A stretch of DNA of 64,000 bases from Vulcanimicrobiota bacterium (lineage in GTDB: Bacteria; Vulcanimicrobiota; Vulcanimicrobiia; Vulcanimicrobiales; Vulcanimicrobiaceae): positions 10,241-74,240 of the forward strand of contig CAWAXX010000007.1 of the NCBI GenBank assembly GCA_963786105.1. The letters are read 5' to 3'. This document shows positions 1 to 7,392 of the stretch, piece after piece. The first letter of the stretch is position 1; every line of letters starts with the position of its first letter. A program made the position numbers and the translations under genes. The notes under the pieces were generated by a model. The model saw only the letters and a program-made list of their open reading frames with translations, did not search any database and was not told the origin of the DNA.

Positions 1-1
1 G

Positions 2-655
2 TATCCGGCGGTCGCCGCGTATTCCTACTACCCGGGCTATGCGATGGCTGCCGTAAATCCGGCGTTCTCGGTCGGTCCGGCTGCGGTGGCCCCAACGATT
101 GTCGGCAACAACGTCACGCACGTATATCACACCGTCGTCGTGCGAAATGGCAGAGTTATCCATCGAACGATCACCCACAGGGTCATTGGGCCGGCCCGGG
201 TCGCACATGCGATGCAACCCTTCCGCGCTCGCGCCACTCGTGTCGCGCTTGCCCACTCGAGGGCGATCGCTGCGCATGCCAGGCTTGTGGCCGCACGCGC
301 GAGGGTTGCTGCTGCGCACGCGAAGCTCGCCGCCGCCCACGCAAGGGCTGCCGCCTCCCACGCCAGGCTTGCGGCTACGCACGCTCGGTTTAGCGCGGCG
401 CACGCGAGAATCGCCGCCAGTCACGCTCGGATCAGTGCAGCGCAAGCGCACACGATTAGCGCTCGTACGCACCCCGCTGCGCCGGCTTCACACGCGATCG
501 CACGAGCTCCGCGTTCGCTTGCGGCACCACACGCGATGGCTGCAGCTCCGCATGCGATGGCTGCAGCTCCGCGTGCGATGGCCGCACCGCGCTCGGTAGC
601 CGCTCCGCGAGGGATGGTTGCCGCCGGGCGCGGGGGGAGCCGACCACCGCGCTAA
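2..655 (+). CDS. Ala/His/Arg-rich low-complexity repeat protein, 5'-partial
   Basis: The frame is open from the window edge (YPAVAAYSYYPGYA-MAAVN...) to TAA at 655. It has about 10 AAHARx-like heptads followed by AAPHAMA repeats. Confidence 0.6.
   Translation, partial: YPAVAAYSYYPGYAMAAVNPAFSVGPAAVAPTIVGNNVTHVYHTVVVRNGRVIHRTITHRVIGPARVAHAMQPFRARATRVALAHSRAIAAHARLVAARARVAAAHAKLAAAHARAAASHARLAATHARFSAAHARIAASHARISAAQAHTISARTHPAAPASHAIARAPRSLAAPHAMAAAPHAMAAAPRAMAAPRSVAAPRGMVAAGRGGSRPPR
533..586 (+). repeat. 21-bp tandem repeat within the CDS (AAPHAMA units)
   Basis: gcgatggctgcagctccgcat / gcgatggctgcagctccgcgt / gcgatggccgca. Confidence 0.8.
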
Positions 656-700
656 CGGTCGGTCGCCATCGACTGCGCTGCCTGCGCCTCACTCAAGACG

Positions 701-754
701 AAAACTATGCCGAGAGCGATGACCGTGATGACGGCCATCGCCTCGCATAGTTTT
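701..754. terminator. Long hairpin, candidate bidirectional intrinsic terminator
   Basis: aaaactatgc(c)gag(a)gcgatgaccgt - gatg loop - acggccatcgcctcgcatagtttt gives a stem of about 24 bp with A4/T4 ends, 45 nt after the stop at 655. Confidence 0.6.
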
Positions 755-1004
755 GCCCGCCTTCTATGGGCCGCTTGAATTCCTCAATCGTTTGCCTTCT
801 TCTGCCCGTGCCTTCATCTGCCCGACTTCAACGGCACTTCCAGATCGATGGTCACGATCAAGAACCTCGATTGGGGCTAACTGCCGAACCAGCTTGACAT
901 AAGGAACGGGATCACTTCCATCAACCTGGCATGTTACTGGTTGTACCCGCTTCCGATGGTGTTCCCGCAGGGCCCTTTTGCCCCTACTCCGGAAGTAGAG
1001 TTCT

Positions 1005-1355
1005 ATGGCAGATGACCTCGAGGGCGCCGGGCAGGACGATCCGTTTGAGTTATTGGCCTCCTCGATCAATCAATCGATTGCGGCCGCGACCGAGCTGCAG
1101 AACAAAGTGGCCGCGTTGGCAAAATTTGTCAACGATCGGATAGAATCTGTCTTGTCGATCCTTGCAGGTCCTAATTCAGACCAGGCGCTGCGCGATGCGA
1201 CCCGGGAAATGCAAGAGACACAGATGAGCTTTAACTTGCAGTACCTTCAGCTTCAAAACTCAATGCAAAACGATAACCGTCAATTTATCACGGTGAGCAA
1301 TATCATGAAAACGAAGTCGACCACCATCCGAGACTCTATTAACAACGTTAAATAG
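1005..1355 (+). CDS. Small helical protein with a T3SS needle (SctF/PrgI)-like C-terminus
   Basis: The C-terminus YLQLQNSMQNDNRQFITVSNIMKTKSTTIRDSINNVK follows the Q-x13-SN-xx-K...I-x-N-x-(K/R)-stop pattern of needle subunits. The DNA is AT-richer than the flanks. Confidence 0.6.
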   Translation: MADDLEGAGQDDPFELLASSINQSIAAATELQNKVAALAKFVNDRIESVLSILAGPNSDQALRDATREMQETQMSFNLQYLQLQNSMQNDNRQFITVSNIMKTKSTTIRDSINNVK

Positions 1356-1418
1356 CTGAAGACCCGGCCTTCGACGGTGGCTGGCGCGTTTTTCGCACTT
1401 CTTCCACTCGCGTGCGGG

Positions 1419-1649
1419 CTATTTCATGTTTTGCGTTATCGCCTCTTGCGTGTCCGCTATTTTTTTCAATACATTGCTTAACGTTTCCAGATATTTAGAA
1501 CGGCGGTCCATTGCCATTTGCAACCTCATGGACACCATCTCGGATAGTTCGTTCATCGAGTCAAGGTCGGCGCGTAGGTCTGCCTGGATCGTCAGTAAGG
1601 CCGACTGCATCTCCAGAAAGTCTGTCCTAATCGCCTTTGAGTTACCCAT
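1419..1649 (-). CDS. 76-aa helical protein with a T3SS needle (SctF/PrgI)-like C-terminus
   Basis: GGAG lies 8 nt before the ATG at 1649 (MGNSKAIRTD...). The protein ends SMRLQMAMDRRSKYLETLSNVLKKIADTQEAITQNMK. Confidence 0.65.
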   Translation of the reverse strand: MGNSKAIRTDFLEMQSALLTIQADLRADLDSMNELSEMVSMRLQMAMDRRSKYLETLSNVLKKIADTQEAITQNMK

Positions 1650-1724
1650 CGGTTCCACTCCGTTGGTTACCGTCTGTAAAAACGTTCCAATGCGCAACAG
1701 CGCTCTTTAAGCCCTTCAGACGAT

Positions 1725-2503
1725 GGGATCATCCTGCAATTCCGCGGAGAGTACGAACGAACCGAGGCCGCGCACGCCGAGAGTCTCGCCATTCGAAAGC
1801 GGCTCGGCGACGACGTCGGCATCGCGACGTGCTTGTCGAATCTGGCCTCTACGGCCTTCAGCAACAACGACTTGGCGCGCGCTTCGGCGTTTGGAGAGGA
1901 GAGCGTCGCGATCTACCGGCGCCTGGGACACGAGTCGGGTCTCGCACACGCACTCATGAAAATCGGTCTCGTCGCCGCGACGGAGCGAAACTACGCGCGC
2001 GCCGAGGAACTCTTTAACGAATGCCTTCGAATGCAGCGCGCCGTCGGCAACACCGGCAGCATGCACTACTCTCTTGTAAATCTCGGAGCCGTCGCCCACC
2101 ACCGCGGTAACTATGAAGTCGCGTTGTCTCGCTACCACGAGGCCCTCGACGCGCTCGACTCAACGCCGAATAAGTCGGCGGTGGCAAAGACGCTCGAAGA
2201 TCTTGCAGCCACCATCGCCGCCTCGGGCGATCCGTCGCGCGCGGCTCGTCTGCTGGTGCGGCCGACGTGCTGCGGCGAACGATCGGCTTCCCAGTGTTTC
2301 CCTCCGAGCGTGCGGACTACGACGCCGAGATTGCTCGGGTGCGCGCGATCCTCGGCGACGAAGCCTTCGACGTCCAATGGCGGATTGGCAGCAGCATCAC
2401 GCTCGAGCGAGCGCTCGAAGAGGCCCGCGAGACGCGGGCGCCTGCCGTTCCGATTACCACGGAAATAGCAGGCGCCCCTGAGGGTAGAGTCGATCCGACT
2501 TAG
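1725..2503 (+). pseudogene. C-terminal remnant of a TPR-containing ATPase/regulator
   Basis: TPR units (GIILQFRGEYERTEAAHAESLAIRKRLGDDVGIATCLSNLA...) begin abruptly with no start codon or N-terminal domain. There is a frameshift near 2258 (RLL|GAADVLRRTIG) and a typical tail (LGDEAFDVQWRIGSSITLERAL). Confidence 0.7.
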
Positions 2504-3045
2504 TGATAGGTGCCCGCCGGGCTGGTAGCGACGCCGTAGACTTGCGCGCCGCCAGGGGTGAACGTGTTGAGCTGTTTTCCGCCGGGGAACACGTCCCAGG
2601 GGCCGTCGAGACCGTTCGTAATGGTCCTTTTCGGCGTGGCGGCGTTCGGGGCGTAGACCGTGACGGCGTTGCTGACGTAGTTTGCAACGAACAAGTTGCC
2701 GTGTTTGTCGGTGGTTATGCCGTTGGGGCCTTGGACGCCGCTCGTGATGGTCCGGATAGGCGGTGGATTCTGCGTTTTGGTTGCGGTGTTAAACACGAGG
2801 ACCCGATTGTTCTCATTGTCGCTGACGAACAAGAGCTTGGGTTTGGTGCCGTTGGGATCCGGCTGCGATTGAGATCCCAGGGATCCGGCCGCTAAGGAGC
2901 CGGTCGTTTTATCCTGCGTAACGGGAGAAATCGGAGCTGAGGGCAGGGCCGATGACGTGCCACTGCAGCCCTCGAGCGGCGAAACGATCAGGAAAGCCAT
3001 CACGATCCCGATGGCGGCTCGAAGGGCGAACGCGCGATTCTGCAT
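2500..3045 (-). CDS. NHL-repeat (beta-propeller) lipoprotein, short
   Basis: AAGGA RBS before ATG 3045; lipobox LEGC; repeats LFVSDNENNRVLVF, GPNGITTDKHGNLFVANYVSNAVTVY and GLDGPWDV. Confidence 0.75.
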   Translation of the reverse strand: MQNRAFALRAAIGIVMAFLIVSPLEGCSGTSSALPSAPISPVTQDKTTGSLAAGSLGSQSQPDPNGTKPKLLFVSDNENNRVLVFNTATKTQNPPPIRTITSGVQGPNGITTDKHGNLFVANYVSNAVTVYAPNAATPKRTITNGLDGPWDVFPGGKQLNTFTPGGAQVYGVATSPAGTYH

Positions 3046-3145
3046 CTTAGATATCCTTTTCAAGCGAAGTGCCTTATGCATCGAGCCTATCGCCCCGGGA
3101 ACCGGGAAACCACGAAGTTTCTAGACATTTCACGCGACCGGCAGG

Positions 3146-3247
3146 CCGAAATCCGACGCTTACCGGGGTTCTCGCCCCGCGACGGCGTAAGGGGACTCCG
3201 CTCGTCCTTGCTTTGAGGAAGAGCGACTCTTGCGTTTCGGGAAAGGA
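3146..3247 (+). promoter_or_regulatory. Candidate structured 5' leader of the multicopper oxidase
   Basis: A closing stem CCGAAA(3146)/TTTCGG(3235) encloses two hairpins and abuts the GAAAGGA RBS. No known family was recognised. Confidence 0.3.
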
Positions 3248-3255
3248 CACCGCAC

Positions 3256-6200
3256 ATGCCCGGCCTGTCACGCACGCTTATCGCATCCGTCGTTGCCGCT
3301 GGGGTTCTCGTGGGAATCGGCTTTTCGGCGCTGCGGCTTGAAGCGCAAGCGATCCCACGCGATGCGTACGTGCCCCCTGCCTTTGCCGAACCGGTGACGC
3401 TCGCCAGTAAGGACGGAGTGCTCGAGGTCACGCTGACTCCACGTCAGAGTACGGCGCGGCTCGACACCGTCGCCAAGCCCGTGACGAACATGCTGCTCTT
3501 CGACTACTCGGTTCAGCGGGGAACCGCGTCCAACGGCCAGATGTCGGGCGGCCATCAGTATCCCGCACCGACGCTGCAAGTCTCACCGGGCGAGAGGCTG
3601 ATCGTTCACATCAACAACGAGTTGCGCAACCTGACGATCCCCGACTTTTACGACCCGAAGTACACGGCCAAGGGCCAGACGGTACCGCTCTACCCGCAAA
3701 TGATGACGTCATCGCCAGTCAATCTCCACGTGCACGGCGCACACGTCAGCCCGCGCGGTAACGCCGACAACGTGCTGCTGCACATCGATGCGGGCATGTC
3801 GAACACGTACGTGTACGACATCCCCAAGAATATGACGCCGGGCACGTTTTGGTATCATAGCCACCTTCACACCCTGACGGCGTCGCAGACGTACTTCGGT
3901 CTGGCCGGCTTGCTGCTCGTCGGCCGCGCCGACAGCGCGATCCCGCTCGTCACCCAAAACAACATTCCGATCCGCACGATGATGTTGCAGTACAATACGG
4001 TCTTCGATCGCATGGGCGGCCTGGCGCAGATGACCAACCCGAACTGGCCGCAATGGGTCAGCACCCTGGCGCCGCCCAAGGGCAACGAACTCGCCAAAGG
4101 GACGTACCATCCATCGCTTGCACCGGTGAACTTTTTGGAATCGAAGAAGGGTACGCAGTGGACCACCGTGTGGTACGCCGGGCCGCTGTCGATTAATAAC
4201 ATGCGCGGGCGCTTTCAGTTCGTACCGACCAACTTGCAGCGCTTTACGGCCTCTGCGGGCTCCGACGGCACCAATATGAAGGCCGCTCCGTCGCTTCCCG
4301 ACTACGAGCGCGACGTGCAGTTTACGGTCAACGGCTTGTTCGAGCCGGTCCTCAAGGTCAAGCCCGGGCAGACCGAGATTTGGGTGCTCGCCAACGTCAG
4401 CGACATCGCGTACATGAACGTCGAGCTCACCGAAACCGCGACCGGCTACCATCCGAAGATCGCCGTCGTCGGACAAGACGGCATCGCCTACGGCGAAGTG
4501 CACTATCCGCACGAACAGGACGGAACGCAATTGCTGATTCCGCCGGCGACGCGCTTTGCGATTGCGGTGACGATGCCCGCCAAAGGATCGTTGCGCCTTT
4601 CGCTGCCGAGTCTAGGTTCGGGGGCGAGAACGCTTTCCGCACCCGGCGTCCTCTACACCAACAACGGTACGCCGAATTCGCCGGCGCGGTTGGGAACTCT
4701 CAGCGTGCTGCCGTCGGCGATCAGTTATGCCGACGGATTCTTCATCTTCCCGTCGCAAACGCTACTCAACGCCAATCCAGACGACGGGCAAGGCGTTTCG
4801 ACGGCGTTTAACCTCGGGCAGAAGCTCGATGCGCCCACGCCTTTCCACGATCTGTCGAAACTCACCCCCGACGTGAGCCGCACGCTGCTTATCAACGGCG
4901 GATTCCTCAACAATCACGCCAGCAACGCCGATCCCAAAGCGTTCGTGTACGCGTTCGACGGAAACGCGTTTCCCAACGTTCCGTTGATTCAAGCGCGGCT
5001 CGGTTCGGTCGAAGAATGGAACTTCGTCAACCATAATAACGACGCGCATCCGATTCACGTCCACGTCAACGACTTCCAGGTGACCAAGTACTTTGACCCA
5101 ACCACCGGAACGAAACTGGGACCACAAATGTTCGGCGAGGACAACGCCAACGTTCCCGCGCCGTCGATGGGACCGCAGGAGGCGGTCATTCAAGCCGGCA
5201 CGCTGACGATGCGTACGCATTTTATTGACTACTTGGGCTTGTACGTGCTCCATTGCCATCGGCTCAATCACGAAGACAATGGGTTGATGATGCTCATCAA
5301 CGTTATTCCCGCCATCTCCGACTATGCGGTGGCCGTTCCGGGATCGCCGGGCCACCCCGCGACGGTGAACGTCTTCGACGGCCACGGCGATCGCTTAATA
5401 GCGACCGTCACGCCGTTCCCGGATTTCTACGGAACGCCCCGCGTGGCGATCGGTGATGTCGATGCTGACGGAATCTACGATCTCATCGTCGGCGCCGGCA
5501 AGGGACACTCTCCCGAAGTCGTGGCGTACTCGGGCGCACCTGGGGGCGGAAAGCCGTTCACAACCGAACTCGCGCGCTTCCAGGCCTTCGATGCGGCCCA
5601 CACCGGCGGTGTGAGCGTTGCGTCGACCCAAATCGACGGCAGATCGGCGGATAACATCATCGTCGGCTCCGGCGGCGGCACGACCGATCAGGTTCGGATC
5701 TTCAGCAGCGAACTTCCGGCCGTCGGCACGGCGCCGGCAGCCTTCGCAAGTTTCGCACCGTACGGAAGCGATACGTCCGGCGTCAGCCTCGCCGCCGGAT
5801 TCGTCGACTTCCTGACCGGACGCAACAGCATCGTGACCGCACCCGGAACGGGCGCGCAGGTCAAGGTATTTTCGTACTCGCTGATGACGCCGATCGGTTC
5901 TCCGCCGGCCTGGCCGAACAATCCGGGCAACGCGCATATGGACGCATCGTTTATGCCGTTCGGTGCAAGCTATCGCGGTCCGATCTCGATCGCTACCGGA
6001 TGGCTGGCCGGTTCGTACGGCGGGGCCGAAGCGATCGCCGCCAGTCAGCTCTCCGGTGCGGGAGCCGTAAAGGTGTTCTCGACCGGTACGGCGCTCCAGG
6101 GCAATCCACCGATGTACCTGCGCAGCGCGATGATGCACGAGATGGCCTCGAACTTCAGCGAGATTGCGTCGTTCGAGCCTTTCGCCGGTGCATCGGCCGT

Positions 6201-6390
6201 TCGCGTCGCGACAACGTCGACGACGATCGGTGCCGATCTGCTCGCGAGCGGAGCGGCCGACGGCACGGTGCGAGTCGAGAAGCTCCGTCTCACACGCTCG
6301 AACCCGCAAGCACACATGCTGACGGCGACGCGCGTGAACGCGATTTGGTCGGGAACGGGAACGGCGCCTGCCGTGCTCGGCGGCGACTAG
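3256..6390 (+). CDS. Secreted multicopper oxidase with a C-terminal FG-GAP/VCBS-like repeat domain
   Basis: All four copper motifs are present: HVHG, WYHSH, HPIHVH and HCHRLNHEDNGL. It has an N-terminal signal peptide and C-terminal GDVDADGIYDLIVGAG-type repeats. Confidence 0.92.
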   Translation: MPGLSRTLIASVVAAGVLVGIGFSALRLEAQAIPRDAYVPPAFAEPVTLASKDGVLEVTLTPRQSTARLDTVAKPVTNMLLFDYSVQRGTASNGQMSGGHQYPAPTLQVSPGERLIVHINNELRNLTIPDFYDPKYTAKGQTVPLYPQMMTSSPVNLHVHGAHVSPRGNADNVLLHIDAGMSNTYVYDIPKNMTPGTFWYHSHLHTLTASQTYFGLAGLLLVGRADSAIPLVTQNNIPIRTMMLQYNTVFDRMGGLAQMTNPNWPQWVSTLAPPKGNELAKGTYHPSLAPVNFLESKKGTQWTTVWYAGPLSINNMRGRFQFVPTNLQRFTASAGSDGTNMKAAPSLPDYERDVQFTVNGLFEPVLKVKPGQTEIWVLANVSDIAYMNVELTETATGYHPKIAVVGQDGIAYGEVHYPHEQDGTQLLIPPATRFAIAVTMPAKGSLRLSLPSLGSGARTLSAPGVLYTNNGTPNSPARLGTLSVLPSAISYADGFFIFPSQTLLNANPDDGQGVSTAFNLGQKLDAPTPFHDLSKLTPDVSRTLLINGGFLNNHASNADPKAFVYAFDGNAFPNVPLIQARLGSVEEWNFVNHNNDAHPIHVHVNDFQVTKYFDPTTGTKLGPQMFGEDNANVPAPSMGPQEAVIQAGTLTMRTHFIDYLGLYVLHCHRLNHEDNGLMMLINVIPAISDYAVAVPGSPGHPATVNVFDGHGDRLIATVTPFPDFYGTPRVAIGDVDADGIYDLIVGAGKGHSPEVVAYSGAPGGGKPFTTELARFQAFDAAHTGGVSVASTQIDGRSADNIIVGSGGGTTDQVRIFSSELPAVGTAPAAFASFAPYGSDTSGVSLAAGFVDFLTGRNSIVTAPGTGAQVKVFSYSLMTPIGSPPAWPNNPGNAHMDASFMPFGASYRGPISIATGWLAGSYGGAEAIAASQLSGAGAVKVFSTGTALQGNPPMYLRSAMMHEMASNFSEIASFEPFAGASAVRVATTSTTIGADLLASGAADGTVRVEKLRLTRSNPQAHMLTATRVNAIWSGTGTAPAVLGGD

Positions 6391-6403
6391 GGAAACCTTC
6401 GTC

Positions 6404-7345
6404 GTGGCGGACGACGACGTTTCGACCCTGCTGCTTTGCGCGCGCGTACGGCCTGAGTGCGTCGACGAATTCCGGCAGTGGCACGTGCGCTGGCAGACGG
6501 CCGTCTTAGCCTCGCCGGGCGCGCTCAGCTTCGAGTTCTGGCCGCCGGCTCCGCCTGATCAACAAGAAGCCGTCGCTCTGTCGCGCTTCGAGAACGCAGA
6601 AGCCTTACGGAACTGGCGCCGCAGCGACGTCAACCGCCACCTGGTCGCCGAGGCCGCCTCATTCGCCGAAGGGGGCATCGTCATGCAGCTCGTCGGTCAA
6701 GCGGCGGCGGCATATTACGTGCAGCATGGCGTGACGTTCGTCGTCGTGACCGACATCAAGCCCGGCAAAGAACGAGAATATCGCGCGTGGGCCGACAAGA
6801 TTCAAAGGGTTCAGGAAACGTTCCCCGGCTACATCGGCTCGTTCGTCCAGCCGCCTCAGCATAAGGAGACCGGCTGGACGACGGTACTGCGATTCGACAC
6901 GGCGCAGCACCTGAGCGCATGGCAAAACTCCCTGCAGCGCGCGGCGTTGATAGAGGAGGCGTCGCCGTTAATCGAACGCTTCAAAGCGCAACGCGTCGAC
7001 ACGTCGTTTCCGGGATGGGTTCCTGTCGATCCGGCCACCGGCAAGCCGCCGAGCGTGTGGAAGACGGCGTGCCTCGTGTTGCTCACGTTGTTTCCGGTGG
7101 TAATGTTGGAGCTGAAGTTCCTCAACCCGCACCTCCGCGGGCTGCCTCCGGCGTTGGCGACTTTCACCGGCAACGCCATCAGCGTCTTACTGACGACGTG
7201 GCCGCTGATGCCGCTGGCAATCCGCGCGTTTCGGCCGTGGCTTTTTCCGGAAGGTCAACCGCGCGCGCTGGTCCTCGCGATGGCGCTTCTGCTGGTTTGT
7301 TGTTATGCCATCGAAATTGCCGTACTGTGGCGATTGCTTCCTTAG
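6404..7345 (+). CDS. Tandem ABM (antibiotic biosynthesis monooxygenase-like) domain membrane protein
   Basis: Two repeated ABM-like units (ARVRPECVDEFRQW...RFENAEALRNW; DIKPGKEREYRAW...RFDTAQHLSAWQNS) are followed by three hydrophobic helices. The gene lies 13 nt downstream of the oxidase. Confidence 0.8.
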   Translation: MADDDVSTLLLCARVRPECVDEFRQWHVRWQTAVLASPGALSFEFWPPAPPDQQEAVALSRFENAEALRNWRRSDVNRHLVAEAASFAEGGIVMQLVGQAAAAYYVQHGVTFVVVTDIKPGKEREYRAWADKIQRVQETFPGYIGSFVQPPQHKETGWTTVLRFDTAQHLSAWQNSLQRAALIEEASPLIERFKAQRVDTSFPGWVPVDPATGKPPSVWKTACLVLLTLFPVVMLELKFLNPHLRGLPPALATFTGNAISVLLTTWPLMPLAIRAFRPWLFPEGQPRALVLAMALLLVCCYAIEIAVLWRLLP

Positions 7346-7352
7346 GCTGCTG

Positions 7353-7392
7353 TCCTTCGACTGCGGCGCTTCGCGCCTCCGCTCAGGATGAC
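7353..7392. repeat. REP-like short dispersed repeat, copy 1
   Basis: tccttcgactgcggcgcttcgcgcctccgctcaggatgac is 38/40 identical to 23753-23792 and has an internal ggcgc-ttc-gcgcc hairpin. Confidence 0.85.

Noticed and set aside
894..922. Perfect TTGACA upstream of the ORF at 1005
   Set aside because: There is no convincing -10 box at 16-18 nt spacing (tccatc or ttccat).
764..1069. 101-aa minus-strand ORF in the AT-richer islet
   Set aside because: It has no recognisable motif or RBS and overlaps the better-supported ORF at 1005. It cannot be excluded but is not supported.
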